DNA from: a virus
Length of the DNA: 64,000 bases
IMG/VR virus record: IMGVR_UViG_3300028388_003908
Location: 32,001 to 96,000 of that record
Direction: 5' to 3' (one strand)
Of the stretch, positions 1-10,277 are shown one piece after another; positions within the stretch are counted from its first letter, which is position 1; each line of letters starts with the position of its first letter. The notes under the pieces are model-generated. The model had not been told where the DNA came from. It worked only from the letters and a program-made list of their open reading frames with translations, and made no database searches. A program made the position numbers and the translations under genes.

Positions 1-3000
1 GACGTTCGTGTTACCTGCGCTGAAATCAGGTTGCGTCACCGAATCCCCTGCGTTAGCGCTCGGGCGATAATCAGTATCATAGGCTTCCTCAGGTACGAGC
101 AATTGACCTCTAGAGAGTGACGCATACGCGCTTGTGCCGTTCGCGTTATAAAGGAACGGCATTGGTCCTACTTGAGCCTCGGGCTGACCTGATAAGAACG
201 TGACCGCTACGAGATTATATCCGTTTCTCACCCATCCCGATCCGCGATGATTGGGTGTCTGTATGTCTACAGGATTAAAATCGTTGTAGTAGTAATAGCT
301 GTCTCTGACCGTAAACGTGAAATCGAGCGCCCCTGTCCACGTTTGAATCTCCCCTGCTTGCTCTAAGACGTTACCGTAAGCGAGCAAATCAGAGAGCGCG
401 ACCGTGTTCCCTTGATCGGATGTCACGTTCTCAGAGAAGCCTGCAAAAGCGCAGGATATACGATACATCTCATCAAGGAATCTCTCAGAGGTGTCCTTCC
501 TAGCATCAAAACCACCTTGGTAAGGAATCAGATAGTTTGATGGGTTTCCGTAAATCGAGATCGCACCTGAATCCGTCTGATAGAAGTTACCGTAGTGACT
601 CATCTCATCTGCTTCGGTGTCGTAAACCTCTAGCGCGTAGAACGTGTTGTTGTGGTCAATCCTAGTCTGCCATGTGCTGGTGTCTAGATACTCCACATCC
701 GTGTAGACACCGCTAAAGTCCGTCTTGAAATCCATGCCATAATCGACCGTCACACCAAAGTTCGCGTTCGTGTCTCCTACCACGTTAAAGAGACCTTGAA
801 CGTCTCCATCTACCATGACCGAGAAGTCACCTACGCTAATCTGTGCTCTGTTCACAAACGCAAAGAAATAAGAATCAAAAGCAGGATAAGACGCGCTATA
901 TCCTAGACCCCCTGCAACGTGAACCTTGTAGTCATAGTTGAGTACCGCATCAAACGTGATCGCTACAGCCCCACCCGAATAACCGTTGTTATCTACAGGA
1001 CGATAAATCGGGATATCGCTTGAGTAAGTACCTCCGTAAGGATTTGCCTCTCCTGAGCATAGCTCAAATACTGCACCGTTAATCGTGAGCGTCTGCACGA
1101 CAGAGTAAGCTCCCCCACCATCTAGACGATAGATGAAGAACGCGAGCGCGTCCTTATTAAGGGCGTTGAACTCTGGTACAAGATTTATCGTGTCTATCGT
1201 GCAATCCTGTAAGAGAGATTTCATCCGAGCGCTGTGATACAGCAGAGGGTTACCGTAAGGATTTCCGCTGAAGGCTCCGCCGTCTACATAAGATGTATCT
1301 TGCAGAAGCTCGATGCCCAAACCTTCTTCATGCTTTGCCGGATTGAATAGGGCCGTGGTTAATCGGAAATCGCTCATAAAGACAGGAGGGCGCTCTGTCT
1401 CTAGTCCACCATCACCTAGAGGATAAACGCCCCTAAAACCGATCACAACGGGTGTGCTGTATACATCGTCTCTATCGGTCGCGTTGGAAAATAGTGTGTA
1501 CTCTAGATCAAGCGCGCCCTCTCTTAAACGCTCGCTTGTGAAATCGCTGTCAAGAAAAAAGGCAGGTTCGTTTGGAGCGCTCTCGCCTACAAACTGAATC
1601 GCCTTACCTGAGGTCAGATTGTTAAAGAGCAAGCGACCATAAGGTAGGGTCTGATAGGTGTAATTAGGGTCGTCCGTAAGCTCGGGTCGAGTGCTCGCTT
1701 CTGTGCTGTAAGTATAGAACGGGTGGCGCCAGTTTAGCGTGTGTCCAAGTCCGTTTGTAGCAGTAGAAGATTCCTCTGCGCGTAGAGACATACCGAGCGC
1801 GAGAGTGGCGATCTCTTCAGATCCTTCCTTGTTCTCCCCGTACACAAAACCATTAGTGTGGAAGTAGCCTTGCGTTCTCGGCAAGATAAAATGCACACCC
1901 GAGATGGTTGTAAATCTTACGTCCTCATTTGAGATCGAGGTGATATAGTTGTAGGTCTTGGTGAGACTGAATCCATATTTAGATGAAGCTGTCACGACCT
2001 GTGCGTTTTGTACCGTAGAGCCTTGCACACCCGTCACAATAAGACGCTCTAAAGCGCTGGAGATTCCGTATTCATTTAGAGCGCTTCCTGTCACAAGAGA
2101 GGTCGTATTGTCTGCCCCATCATACGGGATACCGACCGCGTTGACGCTCCATAAATCGTCTGCGCTCGGGATCTCTGCGTCTCTCACTAAGCGCTCAAAA
2201 GCCTCTTCCGTCTTGAAATGTACGAGCACAAAAGAGCCCAAGGAGTAATTTTGCTCATTAAAAGTAGCTGAGCTTGCAGACGCTTCAAGTCCCGCTTTTA
2301 TCTGCTTGTACTTGACCGTATATCTAAAGCGAGCGATCTGATCTGATACGGTGCTCTCCGCATATCCCGCATAAGCGCCTGCGCTCGTAAAGTAAGCGCC
2401 TTCTGCTTGATTATTAGGTCTGATAGGCAGGAAGAATCTGCCTCTCTCCTCAAGAGGAGTGGGCAAATCAGAAGGCAGATATGAGGTCAATCTAGGTAGA
2501 CGATAAGCTAGGAAGTTTAAGTCCTCCTCGCTGTCGCCTGTGTAGTTGAAGAAGCTCTCAGTATCGAAATCCCACATCTCTGTACCGAACAGAACAGGCA
2601 GGTTGCCTCCGGGGTGTGTCTCCCCGTAGAGCGCTGAAGGATCTCTTAACAATCTCACAGCGCCGGCGTGAGCGTTTGCCGTTATCCCTGCGATAGGATC
2701 GCCTGCTAGGTCAGGATGATCTGCTCGGTAAGTGCCTCTCTGTATCTCGGATAAATCGTATTGACCTAGATCTGCGCTCGGGAAGGTTTCTGCGTCACCT
2801 ATCGTAAAGATACCACCAGGTTGTCCGTCTCTTGTCGTCTCAAGACCTTGACCTAGATTGACGACAGCCACGACCTTGGACATGATCTCCTCTGCGGTCG
2901 TAGAGGGGGTCAACCAATCCGTCTGACCTTCTTCAATCCTAAGTAGCGCGACCGTGCCTCTGTCAGCAGGGGAGATGATACCCGAGATGGTAATGCCCCC

Positions 3001-3606
3001 TAACATACCCATGTTGTCATAGACGAGATTAACAGGTCTGATCTCTCTCTCATCCCCTAAAGGCTGTGTCTTATAAGTAGAGCAGAGATGGGCGCTACCT
3101 GGTCCTGACCCGGGGAGAGAGCTAGAGACAACGGGAATGTCCTCGTTAATGCCCACGTTAAAAATCGGGTCTGATCTATATTGAGAGCCGGTCGAATCAC
3201 CGCTTGGTTTGAATTCTCTAAAGTAAGGATAAGCGAGCGAGCTATCGTTTTTGTAGTACGCACTAATATAGCTTCCAAACCCTACAGAGACGGTCTCTTG
3301 TCTTTCCCAAACAGGGCCATCTGCCTGCTTAAAGGCGCCCCAATCTACAACCCCAATCGGATTGGTTGTCTCTGTTAGATTCAACGTGCCGAGGCGATTA
3401 ATCCTTGCAGGGAGCGCGCCTTCTAATTGATCTAGCTTTGAGCCTAAATCGGTGTCATAGAAATTCTCGCTAGGCCCGTCATAAATCTGAGCAGAGGTAT
3501 ATACTCCTCTCTGCTTGTCTAGATGCGCTCTTAATATATCTCCAGCGCTCGTCACGTTAACGCTTTGAGAGCTGGCTAGAAGCGTAGGGTCTGTACTCTT
3601 AGGCAT
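1..3606 (-). CDS. Large virion structural protein (tail fibre/baseplate-associated), partial, runs off the window
   Basis: Not in the ORF track because no stop codon falls in the window. ATG at 3606 overlaps the TAA of the upstream gene. Translation starts MPKSTDPTLLASSQSV and is in frame at position 1 (…GDSVTQPDFSAGNTNV). I checked both ends, not every codon. It lies in the baseplate operon. Confidence 0.75.
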   Translation of the reverse strand, partial: MPKSTDPTLLASSQSVNVTSAGDILRAHLDKQRGVYTSAQIYDGPSENFYDTDLGSKLDQLEGALPARINRLGTLNLTETTNPIGVVDWGAFKQADGPVWERQETVSVGFGSYISAYYKNDSSLAYPYFREFKPSGDSTGSQYRSDPIFNVGINEDIPVVSSSLPGSGPGSAHLCSTYKTQPLGDEREIRPVNLVYDNMGMLGGITISGIISPADRGTVALLRIEEGQTDWLTPSTTAEEIMSKVVAVVNLGQGLETTRDGQPGGIFTIGDAETFPSADLGQYDLSEIQRGTYRADHPDLAGDPIAGITANAHAGAVRLLRDPSALYGETHPGGNLPVLFGTEMWDFDTESFFNYTGDSEEDLNFLAYRLPRLTSYLPSDLPTPLEERGRFFLPIRPNNQAEGAYFTSAGAYAGYAESTVSDQIARFRYTVKYKQIKAGLEASASSATFNEQNYSLGSFVLVHFKTEEAFERLVRDAEIPSADDLWSVNAVGIPYDGADNTTSLVTGSALNEYGISSALERLIVTGVQGSTVQNAQVVTASSKYGFSLTKTYNYITSISNEDVRFTTISGVHFILPRTQGYFHTNGFVYGENKEGSEEIATLALGMSLRAEESSTATNGLGHTLNWRHPFYTYSTEASTRPELTDDPNYTYQTLPYGRLLFNNLTSGKAIQFVGESAPNEPAFFLDSDFTSERLREGALDLEYTLFSNATDRDDVYSTPVVIGFRGVYPLGDGGLETERPPVFMSDFRLTTALFNPAKHEEGLGIELLQDTSYVDGGAFSGNPYGNPLLYHSARMKSLLQDCTIDTINLVPEFNALNKDALAFFIYRLDGGGAYSVVQTLTINGAVFELCSGEANPYGGTYSSDIPIYRPVDNNGYSGGAVAITFDAVLNYDYKVHVAGGLGYSASYPAFDSYFFAFVNRAQISVGDFSVMVDGDVQGLFNVVGDTNANFGVTVDYGMDFKTDFSGVYTDVEYLDTSTWQTRIDHNNTFYALEVYDTEADEMSHYGNFYQTDSGAISIYGNPSNYLIPYQGGFDARKDTSERFLDEMYRISCAFAGFSENVTSDQGNTVALSDLLAYGNVLEQAGEIQTWTGALDFTFTVRDSYYYYNDFNPVDIQTPNHRGSGWVRNGYNLVAVTFLSGQPEAQVGPMPFLYNANGTSAYASLSRGQLLVPEEAYDTDYRPSANAGDSVTQPDFSAGNTNV

Positions 3607-6600
3607 TGGTGTCTCCTGTCGTTAGACGGCCTTGTGTTCTGTAAACGCTGGCGGATGTTCTCAGGTCGGTGTCTGAGAGAGTTATTTGGTTCTCTGAGGT
3701 TGGATTTACGCTCACGCTACCTGAAACACCTGATAGCCTAGAAAACACCACTAAAACAATCTCACCTTTACGATAGAGCGCGCTGTCCTCTCTTATCTCT
3801 GCTAAGAGAGATAGTGCGTTCTTGTGTAGTACATAAGACGCTAAAGATTGAGCGAAAACACCAGGAAGATATGTAGAGCCTACGCTTGTATAAACAACCC
3901 TGCTCTCTACGTCTTTGAGAGGGTTTTCAAGCACTAGGTCTAGCGTTGTGTCCATGTTCACTAGAGAAGGTAAAGAGAGCGCGCCTGTATTAACCGTAAA
4001 ATCTGTTAGAGACGCGCTCAAACTACCCTGTAAGAGATCATCTGATAGATAATCCGTCACGGCAGGATTAACACCCAACTGCTCATAAGGGGTTGCGTAA
4101 GGATAACCTTGACGAGACGATCCTGGTCCGTATTGGAACATCTCTATGCGCTCCCCTGCGCTTAATATTCTTAATCTCAAAGAAGCTGGCGCAGAAGGCA
4201 ATCCTGAGCGCGCTCCGCAAGATTGAGGCGCGCGCCTTCTATAGTAGTTTGAGACCTGAAAACCACTCGTACCGTAGTTAGGGAGCGCGTCCCTAGAATA
4301 AAAGGTAATATCTAAGAGCGTCTGAGGGGTAGGTAAGAGAACTTGGAAATAAATTCTCGTATATGTCTCCCCAAAGGTCGAGCTTGCTAGATCTATCGCT
4401 ACAGAGGTCGCGGTACCTGCTAGGTTTACGGTTGGATTTAACAGCGCGTTGTTAGGGTCATAGTGAACCTTGTAAGGTATCAACACGCTCTCTTGGTCAT
4501 AAGACCAAAAATCTTCAAGCGAGGTTCTACCTTCTAAGAGAGGGTCTGCCTGTGGGGTAGGGTCATTAACCCCTGCCAAGTTGCCATACCAACCGTTGTC
4601 TATTCCCCCTACATACTCAACACACACCTCTCTCAACCCTTGTCGATAGAAGCTCATAGGGTATGTGCCAATAATGTAAGGTGGTATCTGTGAGAAATCA
4701 TTTACTAATAAGGGGTTAGACAACCCACCTTCGGGAGCATAGACCGTATCGTCTGGCGTTAAGTTTTCTTGTGGGGTCGCGCTCAAGCCATTACTCGCAG
4801 GGTATTCAACCAAAAGCGAGACGTGCATTAAAGTAGCCCCTGCGTTATCCCCGACAACAGCGTCCCCAACAACAGGTGAATCGACACCTGAAAGCTCATG
4901 TATCGTTCGGTTTTTATCTAAGATAAGAGTGATCTGACTAGTGCCTAAGCCTTCAATACTCTTAAAGATAACCTGTTGAGAAATGATCCCGCCCGTATGA
5001 CCTACGTTGTGAAACGCCTCAGCCCCTATGATCTTAGTGCCTTGAGGTATAACGTCTGTTAAAGCGATAGGGGTATTGGCTGACCCGTCTCTCCAACCTT
5101 TTGAGGTAGAGCTTGTGTCTGCGATTGTGAGATCAATCTGTATTTGATCCCCTTCATACCAACCATTTGAGACGTGTAGGTTATTTGGGTTATTTGGCCA
5201 AGCGGTAGGGTCTGACATGACATTTACGAACTTACTTGTACCCGATATGGGAAACTCAACAGCCCCTAGACCCCCAACAAGATCGAAAGTCAAGCGCTCT
5301 ATCACAGGGTGTGATGAGAAACGTCTGCGAACGTGGTCAAATTGACCGATAAAATTGCCTCTGCCTGAGGTATCTCCTTCACCGCCTAGAGCGGTTGATC
5401 TGCCGATCTCGTCACACACCATAGGGGATGTGGATTGGTCTCCACTACCTCCCGCGATGTCGTGAAGATCAGAGCCATCCATCATCCATGTCTTGATCTG
5501 ATTATCGAGCAAGAGCTGAAATTGTCGCGTCCTCTCAGAAGCGAGATCAATACCTCTAAGCGTCACGCTAGGTCTTAGATCTAGCACGTCAAAAGCGGAT
5601 ATCTGATCAGAGAACAAGCCGTCAGGCCTGTCGGATACTCCCGCATTAACCGTGATGCTCAGATTGTCTGTGAGCGCGTTGTTTACATATCCTGCATGAG
5701 TAGTGAGAGGCCCGTTGTTAGCTCCAGAAGTAGGGCTGAAAGCACCATTATTTCTGCGCGCTACATAGAAAAGAGGTATCGCGTACACAAAACCATCTAC
5801 GGTACCTAGGTCAACAGCGCTCGCTTGAGAGCCGTCTCCTGAATAAAAGAGCCCATGATCTTCTCTGATCCCGAGCGCGTCAAAAAGCTCATTATTTGTA
5901 CCATCAGCCTGCTCAAAGCCATAACCTACAACGGGCGCGCTCTGGCCGCCTTGCGGATAGACGCCCGGATTATCAAAACCAAAAAACTGCGTCTTTGGAT
6001 CTATTCCGTTAAGCAGAGTAGCACCATCAAAATCAACCGCGTAGGTTCTGATCCTGTACTGAACCTGAACACGTCTTGATGTGCTCCTATTGACCGCAGG
6101 GTCTACGAGATCATCATCTAGCCACAGAGCGCTATCGCTCATGGTGTTTCCGTTAAACCAAATCTTGAGCGGACTTGGCTTGTTCTCTCCTGACGTGCCG
6201 GTGTAGCTCGTCTGTAGTACTAAACCTGCGGGCGCTGTGATGATTGCCGAGCCGTCATCTCCTTCGATCTGTAAGAAGATTCTGTCAGTACCTCTCGTCT
6301 CAGCGCTCACCGTAACCGCACCAAAAGCAGAGGCGTTGATAGCGTCTGAGATGAGACGCGCTGTCTCAGGATTGGTCAAGCCTATGCTGAAGTCCACACC
6401 TTCTGTGAGCGTGACAGAATTTCCTCCGATTGGGGTTGTGTCGATTGTGAAAGTAGCGCCAGCGCTCATAGAACCGTCTACGAGATATTGATTTCTTGTA
6501 GGGGAGGCAGGACTTACCTCTGCTTTCCAAACCTCTAAAAAGACAAAATCCGTGCGCTTAATATCGGGAGCTGAACCGAGAGGCGCGCTTGGGGCAGGTA

Positions 6601-6922
6601 GCTCGATCAGATTATTAAACGGATCGCTTGTACCTGTACCGCCTACAAACACAGGCATCCCTGCGATGTTGGCGATGAACGCGCTCATCTCAAACGTATT
6701 AGGTGCAAATGAGGGGTCGGACACGTCTCTAAAGACGGGCTCTGCTACATCTCTAGGGTCATGCACTAATACGCCAGAAGGCGCCCTTAAAAGGGGTCTC
6801 CGAGCGTCTTGAGACAGATTGAGTTCTGAGTCCAGAATAGGCAGACCAGCTTGATGAACAACCTGATCCCATGATCTGTGAGTAGCGCTCAGATTTCTAG
6901 ATACTGAAGTGAGGTATTTCAT
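3599..6922 (-). CDS. Virion structural protein (baseplate/tail fibre attachment), 1107 aa
   Basis: G/S/T/D-rich, beta-type composition. RTDFVFLEVW and RVQVQYRIR segments resemble phage baseplate/fibre-proximal proteins. Operon context agrees. Confidence 0.65.
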   Translation of the reverse strand: MKYLTSVSRNLSATHRSWDQVVHQAGLPILDSELNLSQDARRPLLRAPSGVLVHDPRDVAEPVFRDVSDPSFAPNTFEMSAFIANIAGMPVFVGGTGTSDPFNNLIELPAPSAPLGSAPDIKRTDFVFLEVWKAEVSPASPTRNQYLVDGSMSAGATFTIDTTPIGGNSVTLTEGVDFSIGLTNPETARLISDAINASAFGAVTVSAETRGTDRIFLQIEGDDGSAIITAPAGLVLQTSYTGTSGENKPSPLKIWFNGNTMSDSALWLDDDLVDPAVNRSTSRRVQVQYRIRTYAVDFDGATLLNGIDPKTQFFGFDNPGVYPQGGQSAPVVGYGFEQADGTNNELFDALGIREDHGLFYSGDGSQASAVDLGTVDGFVYAIPLFYVARRNNGAFSPTSGANNGPLTTHAGYVNNALTDNLSITVNAGVSDRPDGLFSDQISAFDVLDLRPSVTLRGIDLASERTRQFQLLLDNQIKTWMMDGSDLHDIAGGSGDQSTSPMVCDEIGRSTALGGEGDTSGRGNFIGQFDHVRRRFSSHPVIERLTFDLVGGLGAVEFPISGTSKFVNVMSDPTAWPNNPNNLHVSNGWYEGDQIQIDLTIADTSSTSKGWRDGSANTPIALTDVIPQGTKIIGAEAFHNVGHTGGIISQQVIFKSIEGLGTSQITLILDKNRTIHELSGVDSPVVGDAVVGDNAGATLMHVSLLVEYPASNGLSATPQENLTPDDTVYAPEGGLSNPLLVNDFSQIPPYIIGTYPMSFYRQGLREVCVEYVGGIDNGWYGNLAGVNDPTPQADPLLEGRTSLEDFWSYDQESVLIPYKVHYDPNNALLNPTVNLAGTATSVAIDLASSTFGETYTRIYFQVLLPTPQTLLDITFYSRDALPNYGTSGFQVSNYYRRRAPQSCGARSGLPSAPASLRLRILSAGERIEMFQYGPGSSRQGYPYATPYEQLGVNPAVTDYLSDDLLQGSLSASLTDFTVNTGALSLPSLVNMDTTLDLVLENPLKDVESRVVYTSVGSTYLPGVFAQSLASYVLHKNALSLLAEIREDSALYRKGEIVLVVFSRLSGVSGSVSVNPTSENQITLSDTDLRTSASVYRTQGRLTTGDTNA

Positions 6923-6937
6923 GTCTCAGACCTCACC

Positions 6938-7546
6938 TTAAAATGTTAAGCGCCATGTGATCGCTAGAGTAGCTCCACTCGGTTTATTGATCACAGGGAA
7001 AGGTAGATAGTTGACGAGCACGTCAAGCGAGGTAAGATCCGTTGATGTGTCTCTATCGGGAAAATTGTCTGCGGGCGCGTTGATCGCGCTCACGTTAATG
7101 GCAGAGACGATGCCCATCTCATTAAGCGCGCCTACAGCCTCTCCGCTTTCAAAGACGGTCGTGAAATCGAGCACGTTGGTAGGTACAGCGCTGATCGCAC
7201 CTGTGCTGTCTCTAAACACGGTTGAAGCGAATTCTTTACGGGTTAGCTCGGTGTTGAGCTTACGTTGTCGGGCGTCTGGACTATCAGGAGAGGATGAAGA
7301 ACCACTAGCGCCCGTACCTACAGCTAAGACGTTAGGTGCTCTAGTTAATCCTGAGAATAACATGGCAGCCAAGATACCACCATCTAGCGTGTAAATGTTA
7401 TTACGCTCTAGGACATTCCTCGTCTCTCCGTTCTCTGTGAGCGTAGCGCTCACCGCACCTTTCACTTGGATTACGCTCTCTTGAAAACCGAAACCCAAGC
7501 TAGACAGCATGGTGTTTGGTTGATTAATGCGATCCTTTGCGCTCAT
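6938..7546 (-). CDS. Tail collar/fibre-attachment-like protein
   Basis: LAVGTG…L..EL.RK…F…EAVGALNEMG…INK…LAITWRLTF pattern is typical of tail-collar fibre N-terminal domains. Confidence 0.65.
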   Translation of the reverse strand: MSAKDRINQPNTMLSSLGFGFQESVIQVKGAVSATLTENGETRNVLERNNIYTLDGGILAAMLFSGLTRAPNVLAVGTGASGSSSSPDSPDARQRKLNTELTRKEFASTVFRDSTGAISAVPTNVLDFTTVFESGEAVGALNEMGIVSAINVSAINAPADNFPDRDTSTDLTSLDVLVNYLPFPVINKPSGATLAITWRLTF

Positions 7547-7556
7547 GTTTTCCTCC

Positions 7557-10277
7557 TTAGGGGATAAGATATATGCTTACCTGCTCTGTCTCTGACGATG
7601 GATTTAATATAGATGGTCCATTTAAGATTGACGCATCGTAGACGGTACCTCCATTGTCTCCTCCACAGATGAAGTAGCTATGAAAGACCTGCTCGATCAT
7701 CGGGTTCGTGTTGTGAGCGATGGCGCTAATCTCGTTTAACGGATTATACGGTACATCTCTTATAGGACTAGCTGACTCCGTATATGAATCACCCGAGAAG
7801 GCGATCTCTGTCCATGTGTCCTCTGCGAACACAAGCTCCCCATCTGACCCCCTGCTCTCCGTGAAAACGGAGCCTGTATATCTGCGCGCTTCGTCCGGGG
7901 AAGCATCTGTTAAAGGTCTACCTTCCGGATTGGACATATAATCATCAATCGAGGGTACATCTTCATAAGGCGCAAAGGCTTTGTTGACGAAAGGTATCTG
8001 ACCTTCCGCGTATTCCTCATTACGAAACCACTCCTCAGATGACGTGAAAGGCTTTGTTGATAGGGCGGTTATCTCTAGCTCAACATCATCAGAAGGAGGG
8101 TCGGATATGATGATATAACCACCCGAAATCGCGTAAGAGTAGTAGGTTGAATTCGAGATGATTGAGATGATTCTTTCAGGATAAAAACCTAGATCAGCGA
8201 TATTGATCCTGCCGTCCTTAACGGTTGCGCTCACCACCGCAGGCTTGTAGACCTTTGAAGGATTGATTGAGACGCTAAGCGAGGATTTATTGAGCAAAAA
8301 TCCTGAACCTAGAACGCTCTTGGTATTGAGCGTGTCTGTCTTGAGCAGGGATGTTGAGATCTCTCTCCTCTCGTAAACACCTACCTCAACCTTAGAGGCT
8401 CGATTTAAGACCTGAGGGTGACCTAGAATCGTGTTAGAGGATCTAGCTTCCACACGCCCTCTGCCTGCGTAGCTGTCCTTTAAGCGATCATAGCGGTGAG
8501 CGTTGAGCTTAAATCCTGTATGGTTGAGCGCGCTAAATGTCGTGTTCTGATCAAATCCAAAAGGATAAGAGACCCGCAACACGTCCCCTGGCGATACGAT
8601 AGACGAGCGCGCCCCTGCACCGTCTATAAGATATGCGCTCAAGCCGGATCTGACATGAGGTGTAGGTAGATCATACCATCTTAGGATTAAGGAAGATCCT
8701 TCGGGCACAAGATCTGTAGCCTCTGTGTCGTTAATGTAGAGACGCAGTAAGTCCCCTAACACCGAAGCGTTAAATGATCTCTTTAAAATCGTAGGAAAAT
8801 CCGCAGGGGTAATGGGGTCTTCCACGTTGTTGATCGTATCCATTACCCAAGAATAATCTCGATACCTGCGCGCTCTAGTACGATAAGACAGATCGGAATC
8901 CGTGACAATCTTCAGACCATCGGTCACGGATTTTGTGTCAAGAGAAAAGACGACAGCTTCTAGTAAGATTGCCCCTAGATTGCAGGTAATCCCGTCTGTG
9001 TTGAGATAATCAGGTGCTCTCATTCTGCGCGCAAAATAACACACCCCATCTACTAGAACAGGCTCGCCATCCTGCACCTCAAGCCAAGCAAGCTCCTCAA
9101 CCCAACCGTCTGCTAAGAGCACGTCAGGAAGTTCAAGCAAGCCTCCCGACACCGTGTATGAAGCGCTAAAGGTCAGCGTCTCTCCGCTAAGACGATTTTT
9201 TATCCTAGGGAGTGTGATCTCGTAGGTGCCGTCTGCAAGCGTGATCTCTGATCTCGATAGGATTCTATGCTTTGAGCGCGTTGTGCTTGTCTCGTTATCT
9301 TGTAGATAAAGCGTGTCAGGCGTGTTGAAAATCGTAGACCAGGTGCGTAGTTCGCGCTGAGCGACATACCCTAGAATCTCGTTTTCATAGGTGCCCTCAC
9401 GCGCTGTTCTCATGTCTTCCTGATATGAAGACCCGAGCGATAATGTCAGAGACAAGACCGGCTCGTCCATATTCTCTCTTGTGACATTTGTCACGTTTGA
9501 AAGCGCAACATGGGCTGGTTTGGTAGCTTTTAATCCTCGCTCAATATCTTGTTGTAGCGATACGAGAGAGGGCGCTACGCCCGAGATAATCTCATGGGTG
9601 TGTAAGACACCATCTTGATCATAAGCGGGCTGAATTTGCCCGTCATAGATCTCATGGTAATGTAGGTCTTGACCCCATGTAGATCCGATAGGTCCGCCGG
9701 TGTTCTCAAGACCTTCACCTTTAATACGTAGGAGGTGACGGTGACCGTCTATGAGCACATCATCTACAAGAGGGGTTGTGGTCTGAGTGTAAGACGAGAG
9801 CGCGATATTAAACGAGTGCTCTGAGGTCTGCTCTATCGAGGATTTGATCTCAGCGCCCGCAAAGCCTTGCACCATCTCTGTGATTGATTCAAGACTAGAA
9901 CCCTTGTTAAGCGCCTCTAAAACCGCGTTTACGCGCTTGAGTAGCGTCTCCGTGTCTGAGTAGGACAACTGCTCATCTGCGCGGAATAAGACGGACAGGA
10001 TCTTCAGATTTAAAAACTCAACCCGCACGTTATTGAGCGCGTTATCGTCTGAGAGATCGGATATGTCGATCATCAGCTCAGAGATCAACTGAGCGCATTT
10101 TTCATAGATGATACGGTGCAGAGAGCCGTACTGATCCGACAAGTAATTAGAGGCTGTGGCGCTGGCAAGAGAGAGCGCGATGCCTTCGCCTAATAGATCT
10201 ATGAGCAGACGTGTGTTGGCGGACCGATTTAGGAGAGGATCTTTTCCTTGTCTCGGGTCGTTAAGGAAAATCGACAT
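7557..10277 (-). CDS. Baseplate wedge protein (P2 gpI/T4 gp7-like)
   Basis: Immediately follows the baseplate-J gene. Carries NKGS..ESI and LKATKPAHV motifs typical of gpI-like wedge proteins. Confidence 0.65.
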   Translation of the reverse strand: MSIFLNDPRQGKDPLLNRSANTRLLIDLLGEGIALSLASATASNYLSDQYGSLHRIIYEKCAQLISELMIDISDLSDDNALNNVRVEFLNLKILSVLFRADEQLSYSDTETLLKRVNAVLEALNKGSSLESITEMVQGFAGAEIKSSIEQTSEHSFNIALSSYTQTTTPLVDDVLIDGHRHLLRIKGEGLENTGGPIGSTWGQDLHYHEIYDGQIQPAYDQDGVLHTHEIISGVAPSLVSLQQDIERGLKATKPAHVALSNVTNVTRENMDEPVLSLTLSLGSSYQEDMRTAREGTYENEILGYVAQRELRTWSTIFNTPDTLYLQDNETSTTRSKHRILSRSEITLADGTYEITLPRIKNRLSGETLTFSASYTVSGGLLELPDVLLADGWVEELAWLEVQDGEPVLVDGVCYFARRMRAPDYLNTDGITCNLGAILLEAVVFSLDTKSVTDGLKIVTDSDLSYRTRARRYRDYSWVMDTINNVEDPITPADFPTILKRSFNASVLGDLLRLYINDTEATDLVPEGSSLILRWYDLPTPHVRSGLSAYLIDGAGARSSIVSPGDVLRVSYPFGFDQNTTFSALNHTGFKLNAHRYDRLKDSYAGRGRVEARSSNTILGHPQVLNRASKVEVGVYERREISTSLLKTDTLNTKSVLGSGFLLNKSSLSVSINPSKVYKPAVVSATVKDGRINIADLGFYPERIISIISNSTYYSYAISGGYIIISDPPSDDVELEITALSTKPFTSSEEWFRNEEYAEGQIPFVNKAFAPYEDVPSIDDYMSNPEGRPLTDASPDEARRYTGSVFTESRGSDGELVFAEDTWTEIAFSGDSYTESASPIRDVPYNPLNEISAIAHNTNPMIEQVFHSYFICGGDNGGTVYDASILNGPSILNPSSETEQVSIYLIP

